A stretch of 63,745 bases of DNA, the filler included, from Gonapodya sp. JEL0774 (taxonomy: Eukaryota), in NCBI GenBank assembly GCA_027604505.1. It is 15 parts of 15 records of this genome, joined end to end, with 100 filler letters (N's around TTAATTAATTAA, not from the genome) between each part and the next. Parts side by side here need not be neighbours in the genome. Positions count along the whole stretch, not along the records: positions 46,898 to 51,042 come from JADIIX010001035.1; positions 51,143 to 55,284 come from JADIIX010001036.1; positions 55,385 to 59,519 come from JADIIX010001037.1; positions 59,620 to 63,745 come from JADIIX010001038.1; 11 more parts are not named here. The stretch is one strand, 5' to 3'. Below are positions 49,823 to 62,454 of the stretch, in pieces. Positions within the stretch are counted from its first letter, which is position 1. Every line of letters begins with the position of its first letter. The position numbers and the translations under genes are program-made. The notes beneath the pieces were generated by a model. The model searched no databases. It saw nothing but the letters and a program-made list of their open reading frames with translations, and was not told the DNA's origin.

Positions 49823-51042
49823 TCACGCGCGGCTCGCTTCAAGCTGGAGTATCGTGACGTCCGAGTCCACCTCTTTACCATCCATCACCACAACCAACTG
49901 GGCCACATCCATCCCACCACGTACTGCCTGCAACTGTACTACCTCTTGATCCGCCCCGTTCGAATTCCCTTGTCCCACCTCGTCCCGATTTTCACCGCTC
50001 GCATTGTTCCCCTCAGACGGTGCGACCGTCACCGTCAATATCGCCGGATCAGACATCGCCATCGCCATCGCCTGCCCTTGCCCTTGTCCTCGTGCTTGTC
50101 CTTGGCCCGCCCCTCTGGATCGTCCGAGTGCACCGAACATATTGCGCAGTCGGATGCGGTCGAAAGGGCGCGCGGGCGCAGGTGATGCGGGTGGGGGTGC
50201 GGGTGTGGAAAGAGATGGAGCTGGTGGGGCCGGGCAAACATATATGCACCGTGTGAAGGTAGTTGAAGGAGGTGGTTTGGGTAGGTACGTGTGAGTGAAG
50301 GTGGAGGTAAGCAGTTGGCGTTGATCAACGTGACACGCACGGAACAGAACACCAGCTTACCCGCACTTCCGCCCTCCCCCCCTCCGTCCCCCACCTCCTG
50401 CCGCCCTTGTGCCCCCTTGGTCAAATCCATCCTACACATGGGACACACTCCCCTCCACTTGACCAACCACTCGTCGACACACTGCACGTGGAACTCGTGG
50501 GAGCATGGGAGTTTGCGTAGGGTTGTGCCGGGGATTCGGAGCGGGGCCAGGCATATGGCGCACAAGTTGGACTCGGACGGGGAGGTGGAGACCGTGGAGA
50601 CCGTGGACAGAACAGAGGCGAACGAGGTGGTGCGGTGGACGGGGAGGGCGGTCGTGTGGTTCGTAGGGTGGGTGGCGGTGGGTTTTGAGGGGACGCGGTG
50701 GACCAGGAGGGATTGGAGGCGGGCAGGGTCCACGGTGGTATCTGGGTGGCGCTCGATGGGTCCCCAGACGAGAGATCGGTAGAGGACGGGGTTTTGGACG
50801 CGGAGGTGGGCGAATTGTCTGCGGAACGTCTGCAGAAAGAATGAATCACGACATAAACAGGTAGAGTTGTTCAGTCAGTCACGATCAGACCGAGAGGGGG
50901 AATGTTTTTCGAGCGAAAGCAGCAGCACGACCGTGCGCATGTAGAATTCGACGCACCATGGACCGTCTCCACGTGTTGAAACAGACCGCCAGTACGGTGA
51001 CCAGGACCACGGCGGCGAAAATGATGCCAGAGATCCAGACGA
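49823..51042 (-). CDS. TM-RING-H2 E3 ubiquitin ligase (RNF13/RMR-like), 5' truncated
   Basis: TM VWISGIIFAAVVLVTVLAVCF and RING-H2 CAICLAPL......LRKLPCSHEFHVQCVDEWLVKWRGVCPMCR. Confidence 0.88.
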
Positions 51043-51142
51043 NNNNNNNNNNNNNNNNNNNNNNNNNNNNNNNNNNNNNNNNNNNNTTAATTAATTAANN
51101 NNNNNNNNNNNNNNNNNNNNNNNNNNNNNNNNNNNNNNNNNN

Positions 51143-51711
51143 GCGGCATTCACTGTGCTGTCCGCATGGGCTCCAGCCGCAAGAAGTAATTGCGCCGTGC
51201 CCACGTGGCCAAAACGAACCGCTAACTGTAGAGGTCTGTCGTCATCTACGTGAATATCCGCGCCGTGCTCCAGAAGTAACGCGACGATAGGTTCCCGCCC
51301 GGCCTTGGAAGCCCAACGAAGAGCCTTATCTTCCTCAGCATGGATATCTGCACCAAGACGAAGCAGAGTGAGAACAGATTCTTCACTTCCGGTCTCTGCC
51401 GCTGCGGCCAATCCGGATCGATGGAGGGTGGGGGATTCGGAATCGATGGAGACACCCCGCATCCAAGAGAACAGAGCCTCAATCACGGATGCAGTACCCG
51501 ACAAACACCGAGCCGCTTCGTGTACGAAAGCCTCCAGTGGGTCCCGGTGGAAGGCAACAGCACGTGCGGCAATACTGGCTGGAGTCCCGAACACAGCCAG
51601 CAGACGCCGGTTGAGAGCCCCAGTTGGAAAACCCAGTCGGAAAGGAAGGTAATCGCCAATCAAGAGAAGAATAGGGTAGGGGAGATCGCTTACATTGGGG
51701 ATAGGAACCAT
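51143..51711 (-). CDS. F-box-like plus ankyrin-repeat protein, intronless (3' truncated)
   Basis: LPYPILLLIGDYLP N-terminus, ankyrin repeats LGADIHAEEDKALRWASKAG and HGADIHVDDDRPLQLAVRFGH. Confidence 0.85.
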
Positions 51712-51926
51712 TGGGACGAGCACGAGTTATCTCGATTGGTAATAAACCTGTACAATCGTAATTCTGGTGTCTCATGACGGTTCATATGTATGCTTTGATA
51801 CCCTGAGAGTAATTAATTTGGAAGTATTGAAATAACTGAATACAGATGATGACCTCTATTTATCAGGCTTGCATGTCGATGTAGTCCGAATAGCATGAGC
51901 CGCCGACGCTTTACTATGCGTAAGGG

Positions 51927-52877
51927 TCATTTCACCACTCTCTTCCGATGCGTGTGAATGAGTCTCGCAATATCAGCTCGTTTTAGTCCCCTCGCTTTGG
52001 AGAGTGCGCCTCTATCATCCGATCGTGCGTCGGCTCCCCACTGCAACAGCAACTGCACCACGTCTGCCCGCCCCATGCTTACTGCAGCCCAAAGTGCTTG
52101 ATCATCACGTGTGTGTATGTTCGCTCCACGGTCAAGTAACAAGGAAATTACATCTACATGGCCCTGGTGTGAAGCCCAAAGGAGTGCAAATCCTCCGACA
52201 GCATCTGGATGTGCTCCGCGGTCAAGCAGCAGGCGCACTGTGTCCACACGTCCAAAGAGAGCTGCCTGTCGTATAGCCCCGTCGTCACGAGCGTGAATTT
52301 CCGCACCGTTCTCTAATAACAGTTTCACCACATCTATATGTCCGCCCTCCGCATCCTTCAAAAGTGCTTCGCCATGGCGAGCATTGACACTCGCGCCCAA
52401 TCGAAGCAGTGCAAGCACAACCTGCTGGTTCCCTTTGGACGCCGCGGTAGAGAGAGGGGAAAGACGACCCCATCGTTTTGTAACGATTTCGGAGTTTATG
52501 AGGGAGTCGGAGTGACGCATTAGTGATACAAGTGCTTCAACGATCACATGAGATTCCGGCTCGCATCTCCTCCCTTCCAACACGAGCGCTTCGACTGGGG
52601 TCTTGTAGTGTTTGAGCGCCCGGACAGCGATGCTTGATGGTGTTTGGAAAATCGCCACGAGGCGCTTCGTGAGGGATCCCGTCGGAAGACCAAGGCGATG
52701 GGGCAGGTGTTCACCAACGGCAAGAAGAACATCTGTAGGGAGATTGTTGATATTTACTCTTTCTTTCCTGAGCTGCGGGTCACTTGGGGAATGTTGGGTT
52801 CGTGACGAGGATGGCGATGTGGTATCAGCGGAGAACAGCCATGCAGTTCCCGACCGAAGGGAAGAGACGCCTTCCAT
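51927..52877 (-). CDS. F-box-like plus ankyrin-repeat protein, intronless, tandem paralog
   Basis: LPTDVLLAVGEHLPHRLGLPTG and about 5 ankyrin repeats (GAEIHARDDGAIRQAALFGR, GANIHTRDDQALWAAV). Confidence 0.9.
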   Translation of the reverse strand: MEGVSSLRSGTAWLFSADTTSPSSSRTQHSPSDPQLRKERVNINNLPTDVLLAVGEHLPHRLGLPTGSLTKRLVAIFQTPSSIAVRALKHYKTPVEALVLEGRRCEPESHVIVEALVSLMRHSDSLINSEIVTKRWGRLSPLSTAASKGNQQVVLALLRLGASVNARHGEALLKDAEGGHIDVVKLLLENGAEIHARDDGAIRQAALFGRVDTVRLLLDRGAHPDAVGGFALLWASHQGHVDVISLLLDRGANIHTRDDQALWAAVSMGRADVVQLLLQWGADARSDDRGALSKARGLKRADIARLIHTHRKRVVK

Positions 52878-53449
52878 TCCGATGTATCGAGTATGACGCG
52901 GGGAAGTCCGAAATAAACTAACTTTTCAGTGGTGTATATGGGTGAGAGTGGTATTCGGGTTGTGGGAAGGGTGTACCGCTTCAACGTGTTTTGCCACCAC
53001 GACTCCCCTGCAGGCGCAAACTGTATTCTTGAAGCAGCGGTCTGGACGGCGGCGCTCGACGAGACGCAAGCGTAGGGACTGTTATAATAGGTGAGCGAAT
53101 GGCACGCTCATTTGTTGATGGGCGCTTGTGCCGATGACCGCGATCAGCTGAGCGGTTTGACTCGATCTTGTACAAACTCTGGCTCGCAACACTGTCTCTG
53201 TTACCCGCCATATACCACATCAGCCTATTAGTACTGGATACAAGTCTCCCTCGGGACCTGCAGCTTGAGTCTCTGCTGGTTCAGACAAGCCTGCTCTTGC
53301 TGGACCGGCTGATGGACACGCATTTGAATGAAGTCAAACTGTATTCGTCAGCAGAAACTCTCACGACTACTGGCATAACGAAATCGCGAGCATCAGACAA
53401 ACTTGCGAGTGGCGAGCGCTGTTCGGTTAACCAGGTGTACCTTACCGAC

Positions 53450-55284
53450 ATGACGACCAGAAGTGTTGACGCGCTGCCACCATTACCTTCCGAATCTGCC
53501 CTCCCACAACAACCTCCGTTTCACTTCCGAGATTTGTCGCGTCTATCCACGGATTCGGACCCGGGAGAATCTCCCGTCGAAAGAACCAATCCCTCGGATC
53601 CTGCTGCTGAATCCAGCTTTGACCTCGATTCCCCTGCCTCCCTTGCTCAAGCAATATTCACTGCCGTTGATGCCGCTGACCCGGACTCACTCCAACGTGT
53701 CCTTGACACAGCTCCTAGCCAGACCCAAGTTTTGCAAATATTGCTCACAACTACTTACGCCAACAGCACGCCATCTTCCTCTCCTTCGTCCTCTCCAACA
53801 TCCTTGTCACCTTCAGTATCTTCCTCTCCTCACTATTCTCATGACCCTTCCGACACACTCGCACCCACCTTCCTCGGCCCATCGCTATCCCACCTGACCG
53901 CCCTGCACATATCGTGCCTCCAGGCCGACGAAGACACTGCACTCGTTCTCCTACGATACGTCAGATCCGTGTCGACCGCAATGAAGTCGCGAAAAGTCTT
54001 GGGAGAGTTCGTCGGTCGTGTGTGGGGTGATGGCAACTCGGCGTTACATCTCGCTGCGTACTACGGTATGGCTCGTCTAGTCCGCGAACTCATAGAGTGC
54101 GGTGCCAACGTCGGTAAAAAGAACGGAATGGGGTATCGTGCTGTGGATTGTGCAGCAGATGATGAGACGAGGGATGCGCTGAGGGTGGTCTCACCGGAAG
54201 GACCTGGAACGGGCATTGGCGGTCATGAAGGTGGGCACCTGCTCAACGATACTTGTGTGTGAAGCGAGCTCATAATGAGTTATTGTATCGTCGATGGGAT
54301 TGGTTCATGCCACAGGCACGCTGTCCCCCACGCCGTCTGAACCTGCCCTCCCGAATGTCCCCTTTCCCGTGGTTTCGGCAGCTCCATCTGCACCCCCTGT
54401 TTTAGTTACCAATGTGTCAATGGCACATTCAGCTTCGACGGCTCCTGCACCATCATCTTCTCCTCAAGTCGATCCCTCAAAGACTGTCTCATCAAACGAC
54501 CCACACATCGTAACCGTTTCCTTTCCCCCTCCGACCCTACTCCTTCACCTTTCGTCCTCCCCTGACACCTGTGAGCCGCCGTGTCTTGCTACATCTCCAT
54601 GCCCTGTCATCTCGCGCCTCCTGTCACTGGGTGTCCATCCAGACTATTCCAGTCCGAAAGGAAGCACTGCGCTGCACTTATCCGCGGCGTCGGCCAACAT
54701 CAGCGCCATGAGAGCCTTGGTAGATGGTGGTGCGGATGTGGGGGTGAGGGACAGCGAGGGGTGGACGCCGATGCACTGCGGAGCCGCGGAAGGGTGGACA
54801 GATGTGGTGCAGTTACTTGCCCAAGTTATTGGCGGTGCTGGTGGTTCTGCGACAGCTGAGGACGTCCAGCAGGCAGAGGATGCGAAGGAGCAGTGGGCAA
54901 GGTGGCGCGCGGAGGTGGTGTGGGCACGTACAGGGGATGGGGAGACTGTGGGAGAAGTCGCGGAAACGGATGAGTGCAGGTCTATTTGGCAAGGTGAACC
55001 GCGTGACAGTATTGCGTAGTCTCCGTGTTTATGCTCAATGGTATGTTCGACAATCTCCCTCCAGCTCTTGTGAGCCAGTACGCTCCGGTGGATCCATACG
55101 CCACCGAAGGTATCGCCTCCGAATCCGTCTCGATGGCTTCAAGCGCAGTTCACTCCAGATCCCCATCTTCGGCATCGACTCCTCCTTCAGACCCGCTCCC
55201 TATAGCATCAGAATCTCCCAAAATGCTTCGTCCATTGCCACAACCAACTGCAAAGCCGAAAAGAAGTGCGATGAAGGGCGGTCG
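53450..55284 (+). CDS. Ankyrin-repeat protein with two ANK clusters (multi-exon, 3' truncated)
   Basis: TALHISC, GNSALHLAAYYG, GSTALHLSAASAN and GADVGVRDSEGWTPMHCGAAEG. Confidence 0.85.
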
Positions 55285-55392
55285 NNNNNNNNNNNNNNNN
55301 NNNNNNNNNNNNNNNNNNNNNNNNNNNNTTAATTAATTAANNNNNNNNNNNNNNNNNNNNNNNNNNNNNNNNNNNNNNNNNNNNTCTACAAA

Positions 55393-57593
55393 ATGCCATT
55401 ATGGACTATCATCGTCCTTCTCGTAGTCTTCAGGTGATCTTTGGCGCTCCCCCCGCGTTGCAATTCCAACGAACCCTCACACAAGTTCTGGACGGTCCTT
55501 TCACGTTTCAATAACCAGCACCAGTCTTGTCGCAGTTATCACAGTCACAATCGGAGTCCTCACGAATAACAGAGGCATAGCAAACGCATCCAACCAAGGT
55601 ACGTGAAGGCGACTTTAAAGGGGTAAACCGTCGAAGCAGAAATCCTGATGTCATTTGTGCAGTCTCCCGAAGCATCGAGGCCCTCGCGATGACCAGGCAC
55701 ATGGACGCAAGTGCTGACGTTGCGAAGGGAATAGGTTTGTCTGGAACACGTGTTGTCCGAGTCGGTGTGGTGATATCAAGATTCTCGAACTGTTGCTTTT
55801 TCAGAAGCGTACATTGTGCAGGTCAGGATCTGTCGTTTTGGCAATTCAAAGTCAGGCTTATCTATATCCTTCTGGTTTGTCACTTTTGTGGGTAGATGCA
55901 ACTCGCATCGCAAGCTATAGGTGTTGCTGTCAGCTTGGAAAGAGTCTCGTATGACGATCCAGAGTGAGTGATGGGAAGAGCCATCAGCCAATCAGCTGAC
56001 TTTCAATGGTTCAGTGAGACGTCAAAACTTTGCCACTCTTAAATATGTATCGTTTAGTGTTATGCTACCGTTTTTCAAGGAAACCTTGTGGAAGTTTGGT
56101 ATCTCAGGTTAGTACAACCGCGAACTGAGAATCTTGCGAAAAGGGACTCACAGTCTTCACTTTGTTGAATCTTGTGATTTCAGATCGTATCACAGTTTTC
56201 GGTACCAGCTCCCTTAGTCCTCGTAATTCGATCTGGCTGGGCAAGAATGCCATCGTACATGACGCAGGATACTCGCTTGGTCTGATTATTCAAACAACAA
56301 ACTCCTCATGCCAGAACTTCTGTCCAGTGAAGTCGACCAACAGTCAAATTCAGTTCTACGGTCTGGATCCCATTACTCTGAACATACAGAGGTTCATTAT
56401 TGGTCTACCCATCCCCGTAGATCCAACTTCTTTCTCTGCATTGCCTCAGAACACCCCTGTGATTGGCAATCCCCGAGTTTACCCAGACGAGATTGTCCAG
56501 CCACTGTACATGGGCCTGTACAACAATCATGGTGTTCAAGTTGGCTCAACCTATATCGCATTCTCAGTTCAAGAGTTCAGTAACATGCTTGACTCGGTCA
56601 AACAATTGGCAACACCAAATTCACTGTTTTATGTTGTTTCATCCATGGGTGACGTTCTGGCCATATCAGGATTGGGGAATAGTTCTGTGCAGTCCCAAGT
56701 CAGTGAGGAACAGAAGCAGTGCCATTCTTGTGATCATACTCAGACCTTTGAATGCACCAACTAATGACTACTTAGACCCTAAAGAAACTGATTGACCCTT
56801 CTCAGAATTATTTTGCTCTTAATTCTGTCTTTGACTACGATTTCTTGTCTTTTCCAATGCTGAATCTCTCTGCATCAGCTATTCTGAAGTATGTTGGTGG
56901 TGATCTTTCCTCTGAATTTCCGGACAGAGCTTGGCAAGATGGGGCAAACCTGTTCTGTGTGAGAACAATAATTCTGTGGGGGTACCGGTACATTGTTGTA
57001 GCTGCTGCGTGGGTTGTGATCATGTTTGTTTTTTCCTGGTCTTGCTTTTTAAAGTCAGACTCTTCAACAGACCTGTCGATGACTACCTTGGGGAAACAGT
57101 CAACTTAATTGAGGGGAACTTGAAGAATGAAGGAACATATTTTATGATCCAGGTCATTTTTGCCGGTAGGTGATGTCTCTCTCATGGTACTTTGATTTTC
57201 TACAAAGTTTGGTCAAATAATTTGTTTGTGGTTCATTAGCTCTTGGAGTTGTGATGATAATGTCCCTCTCTGCCATTATCTTTGTTTACATTTTCATTGC
57301 AAAGCCCTTGAGTAATATCCTCTTGACAATGAACAAGGCAACAAAGTTTGACTTCTCAGATCTACATGATGGGAAATTGAAATCTCTCCTGTCAATTGTG
57401 AATGAGATTCATCATCTTCAAGCTAATTTCACACAGATGGTGAAAGTCTTTGCAATGGCAATTAAAGGTGGGTAATCTGATGTTGTTTTGCACTGAATTA
57501 TATGATTTGGAGCTTATCAAGTATATGTTTTACGCAGAAAACAAAGCACTCATCAAGATTACTGCAGAAGCAAGTATGACTCCTAGTAACTAG
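55393..57593 (+). CDS. TM - Cache-like sensor - TM - HAMP-like protein with no catalytic output domain (multi-exon)
   Basis: TM1 MPLWTIIVLLVVF|SLVAVITVTIGVL. Cache-like FSNMLDSV...TPNSLFYVVSSMGDVLA and YIVVAAA|PVDDYLG. TM2 followed by IAKPLSNILLTMNKATKFDF....SIVNEIHHLQANFTQMV. Stop TAG at 57591-57593. Confidence 0.7.
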
Positions 57594-57749
57594 AAAATAG
57601 ACAATATCGCTCATTAGTTCTTCATTTTCTGTGTGTGTCAAATTGTAACTCGATCAGAATGAATTGGGATTCTGTTGTGTATATGATCAGCAATCAGCAT
57701 CGAGTCGAGTTGTAGTTTAACGTGACTAAATGGCCATAAGTATACTTGG

Positions 57750-59519
57750 GAGGTCCAATGATTGGGGGATTTAGAGGATACTGTATGTGCTTGCATGTCA
57801 ACTTCACAGTAGTCCTGGTGGAGTGCCTCACCTCCTCAGAACCAAGGACAGATCACATTGACAACATCGTACATTACATTATTAATGGATGCCTGCCCCT
57901 GATCGCTAATCCAGATCCTTCTTCCTGTCCGCCATGGATCCCTATTGTCCATCTGGTACTGATCACACTATATAGAGTGTTGTGAGACGATGGCTAAAAG
58001 CGGGAGTTTAGCTGGAGTCACGTGAACCCACAAGCAGGACAATTATCGTCCCTGTTCAGCCCCACGCATCACCTCTGGTTGCGGCACCGTTCCTCGAATA
58101 GATGTGATATCTATTAGTATATAGATGGATATAATGTAGTTTTTAGATTGTTCTAGTGATCTTAGTTGTGCCAGCAGCTCAGTAGCAGCTGCCTAGTGAA
58201 CACATTGAGTTTCGGGACAGAACTCAACAGTTCTGCCACAAACCACAAAATTGGGTGCCCTGCCTACTGTGTTGATCTGTCCTCCGCACGTCTGCGTCCT
58301 CGTGGTGCCACCTGTCCTGTTGCATTCCATCGATTTTTCTCTGTCGCTCGCAAAACCCAAAACTGAGCGCTCCACCCACATCTGACTGTAGTATCAGCGG
58401 TCACCTGGCAACAGAAGAGTGTACTGGAAACCCATTCAGCTGCACCCTGGTAACCAAACCAGTGGTCCACTCCTCCCACTGATATACTGGGGCAACCCCA
58501 GGCCCCAGCTCTCGTCTCCTCGCGCGTATATATGTGACCGTGGGATCACACTACGCATTAAGATCAACCTTGCGTAACACACCTCCCTTCTCTCTTTGGT
58601 GCACACGCCAACCACAATACAGTCCTCTCACTCTGGGCCACGACTTCAGACACCTACCCGCAATGGTGGATGATCGTGCTTGATTCCTACCAAAGGATTC
58701 TTGTGCACCATCAGGATAATACCACCGTTGTTGCTTACACAGAAGTCCCATCCTCACCACTCAATACTGTGACCTTGGTGATGCGTCCCTTCACTCGCAC
58801 ACTCGCCAAATCACCGGATCAACCAACCACCTCCTACCGTACACACCAGTTGACATTTGCAAACCCTTCAAACAAAGACAAATGTCAAAACTCCGTGCGA
58901 GAACCCATTCTCATCCAAATCGTACTGTGCCGCCTCCTTCCTACCAGCGTTGATGTCAGCCTACTGGCCAAGGTCTTTTACGAGAACCTCTGGCACCGTC
59001 TCCTTGGTGACATCCCATTGAACGACCTGACAGGTTGTCCTTATCCCCCCTCAGTTGGTATTCACACCACTTTCGAGTTGACGACTAGTACCAGACATCT
59101 CTCCAACCCCAAGCAAACAAGTGGGAGCACCAACAACAGTGCTTTACCCACTTCAACCTGTTTCTTTATTGCACCACCTCAGCAAGAGTTGCCCTTGCAC
59201 AGAGGTACGTTACCAGTCAACCAATTGACTGTGTGACATTCCTGTTGTCCAAACTGGAGCCAACCTCTGTTCAACTGTACAACTTTCCCCCTCCGTTGTC
59301 ATCAATCACAGTGTGCACTTAATATTGCTGCGCTGAATTCAGCCGTCCCCATCACCAGTCACATAACAACGCTTGCACTGGAGTCTGCGATTGACATTGA
59401 CACCCTATTCTTCCAACAGTCAGCAATCGGTCCAACTCTGAGTGCATTCACGCAACCAGCCCAAGTCCTCTCCCCCAACCTCAGCCGCAACAATCAGCAG
59501 CAAAGGGCAGGAAGGAAAC
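57750..59519 (+). mobile_element. CpG-poor degenerate repeat-like region, possibly an LTR/gag relic
   Basis: Broken Pro/Thr-rich frames, low CpG and a TGTTG...CAACA-bounded segment near 57978-58229. No catalytic motifs seen. Confidence 0.25.
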
Positions 59520-59619
59520 NNNNNNNNNNNNNNNNNNNNNNNNNNNNNNNNNNNNNNNNNNNNTTAATTAATTAANNNNNNNNNNNNNNNNNNNNNNNNN
59601 NNNNNNNNNNNNNNNNNNN

Positions 59620-59873
59620 CCTTCCATAACGAACACGTGATCGTTCTCCAGCAGCTGAATTACTGGAGCAGAGTCCATAGACATCGTAGATTCAACAGTT
59701 TCAGGGGTTTGTCGCGGTGTTGGGTTGATAGGTGGGCCGCATAAAATTCTCGATATACGTCCAACTCTGGGGATCAACCCGTCGTTCGATAAAAGACACC
59801 CCACAGCAAGCAAGAAAACGATCACTGCGAGAGCAGAGCCAAGTTTTGCGTATCGTCGTGGCAATGCGGTCAT
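59620..59873 (-). CDS. Type II membrane-anchored protein, N-terminus only
   Basis: MTALPRRYAK followed by TM LGSALAVIVFLLAVGCLL and a stem region. Truncated by the contig end. Confidence 0.45.
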
Positions 59874-60104
59874 TCTCAAAATATCGTGTGAAAGGGTCCA
59901 TTGCGTGAACACCTCATCACTTTCAGCATAAACTACTTATAAAAGAGAAACATCTTTTGCTTGCATGCCTTGACTGAAATGAAATCAAATTTGTCGCTTA
60001 AAAGCTGTTGTCAAGTGGTAGATCTAAATTCTACTCCGATTTTGAAAGGCATACATTGCTATCTGGAGCGATTCGACCATTTGAGAGTTCGTGGAGGGCC
60101 TGCG

Positions 60105-61213
60105 CTAGAAATCTGCACGTTCACTGGTGATCAAGTTTTGGACCTGGAGCATACGGTCCCTTTTTGAGATATCCACCTCTTCGGATTTTAATACCTTTGA
60201 AGGGACATGGTCCAAAATCTTGATTCGAATCAGTCCACCTAAGGCGCGTTTGAGAACCGAGCTGTATACCTGAAGCAATGTGGATCGAATTTTGCATTAG
60301 TACTAACGTAACTTTAGAGATTTTGTCGCGGAACACCACCACTCACATGAGCATAGCTCTGAACGACAATGGGAATAATTGGATACTGACCATTAATTGC
60401 AATGCGGAAGCCTCCCTTCTTGAACTTGAGCAGACCAGGGATAGTGAAGTCCGAACGTGTACCCTACGGATACACAAGGAGCTGTATATGCGTGTAAAAG
60501 CTACAGATGGGAAGGAGCAACATCACTGATGTAGTCAAAGCAATCGTTGCTCACCGACACATCTCTCAGCCATCAGCTTTGCGGTGGTCTTTGGTTGTGT
60601 TGCAAATACACTTGGTGAAGGACTTGATTCAGCAAAAGCCAATACTCTAAAACAGATCTTCAATGTCTCCATGTTCTTCTCGTGATTTTTTTCGATCGAC
60701 CAAGAACCATTTGCCTTGATTGTTCATGATGGTTGGCCAAAATTAATCCTGTGCGATCGTGTCGAGACCCAAATACGGCTCCCTTCAAAACTCCGAGACT
60801 CACTGAAAAGAATGATAAGATTCAGAAAAGGGTAGTACATGATCTCCTTCTCAACAAGACCAACACATCGTCTTGGTTGGAATGCGGAGCTGTCGTGAGG
60901 GATTTTGAGTGCTTCACGGACATATGTGACCCCAATAGGTTAAGATAAAAACTCACTGGCAAGCCACATCCATGCTCGATTGACAGTTGACAACAAAGAC
61001 ACATGGTGGTTCCCTCTCGAGACGATCCAGTCCTTCAACTTCAAACGCAGTGCCGGTCCACCAAGCCCAAAGAGGCAAGAGTAATCGCGAGAAACAGTAT
61101 CCAACATCATAACCGAGTCCCAAAAGGCTCAGGATGAATGTGCCGGGCAATGAAATTAACGCCAGACACATCGTCAGAATGGTCGCCGTGATGGTCTTGA
61201 AAGTGTGGAACAT
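60105..61213 (-). pseudogene. 1-acyl-sn-glycerol-3-phosphate acyltransferase (SLC1/AGPAT-like), catalytic motifs disrupted
   Basis: EVEGLDRL....PCVFVVNCQSSMD (His replaced by Cys), KEIMYYPFL, FLVDRKN and VYP*GTRS...LLKFKKGGF..A...QYPIIPIV, with TAG at 60464-60466. Confidence 0.85.
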
Positions 61214-61421
61214 GGCAGTTTCACGCAGCTGGCAAGGCACCGACGTTGAGTAGTCAAAGCAACTTCGATAAGAGAAAGTTTGAAATTTACAATAGTCATT
61301 GTGCCCATCAACTCTACCGGCTTCGCCAGAAGCACTGATGACGTCATCTTGTAACAACAGAACAAAGTGGTGGCTTTGGCCGACCAGCACGTACACTCAA
61401 TCAGCTCCGCGATTCACAACA

Positions 61422-62303
61422 ATGACAGCACACTTCAGGAGATTTCGCAATGCCTCCGCGATTGTACATCAACCTTCTTTTACACGAGTCGGCCACGTCC
61501 GACACCTGCAAGGACCGCCAGTTCAGAATCCAAAAGAGATCAAATCCGGTGGAAATCCGTTCACCAAAGATACCATTGATGACGCAAATATGAACTCGGA
61601 GAATCGCAACCCTGGTCTTGGAGCGGCCATTCGCTCAGCAAACGCTGAAGAAGCCATGAGACCGGCAAGAGGTCTCCATGGTCCCGGTGAGGTTTGATTG
61701 AAAAGGTGGCCCTGCTTCAAATGCACCACCTCCTCTAAAGTATCGCTCTCTCTCAGTTGAGGCTGCGGATGCGGCCAGAAAGGCCGATAGAAGCGGTGTT
61801 CTTCAGGATCGGGATTCAGGCGCTGCTGGTGATAAAGACAAGGAAAAGGGGTTTTGGGTCGGACGATGCGCAAAATGTCAAACGTAGTTAGCAAAGGTGC
61901 TGGCATGGTGCTCGGAGAGAGGGGCTTGGACGCATACTCGCAAGTGGGCATATGTTGGCTGCGACACTGGATCTTGAGCTTATCAAAAGCAACCTTCAAC
62001 CGCATCAACTCTGTCAGAAACGCCGCCTACCAGTCATTGAAGGCTCATACCGAGGAGAAGGCTGCAGGAACCGCGGAAATGTCGCGCAGTGCGGCTCAGC
62101 AGCCCAACTCAACCACGATGACGAACATGGGAAAAGGAACGCAACCGGGTCAGTTCATTTGTTTCCAACATAGTAGCTTCGATTTTTGTGCTGATTACAA
62201 GCTCAAAAAAGTGATGGGAATGCAAGATGAGAAGGGACAACTGGACAGAAGCTCCGCTGCAACCAACGTACGGGCACAAGAGCCCCAGAGTAAATCAGAA
62301 TAA
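61422..62303 (+). CDS. Hypothetical hydrophilic protein with mitochondrial-presequence-like start (apparent frameshift near 61853)
   Basis: Arg-rich, acid-free N-terminus MTAHFRRFRNASAI. Exons link at GT-AG sites. The frame shifts at a T run. Confidence 0.4.
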
Positions 62304-62454
62304 ATGCAAATCAACTACATTTTGGAAGTTTCAAAGAAGTTTGAAATAAAAAAAAGAAAAATCGTTGAAGGGCGACGTCATGCCTCAAGAGAAAAGTTGG
62401 TGTGCCTTTTACATGAGAGTGAATTCACGAAATCTGATCAATCAAGACCAAACG

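Noticed and set aside
4181..59619. TTAATTAATTAA motif recurring every 4.2-4.3 kb
   Set aside because: It is an artificial linker inside N runs. ORFs ending in X...LIN and any gene clustering across spacers are artefacts.
60464..60466. Stop-codon reassignment (TAG read as Glu) suggested by P*GTR and the TAG in the transposase
   Set aside because: Other genes end plausibly at TAG (31033, 49511, 57593), and the acyltransferase has an independent catalytic lesion.
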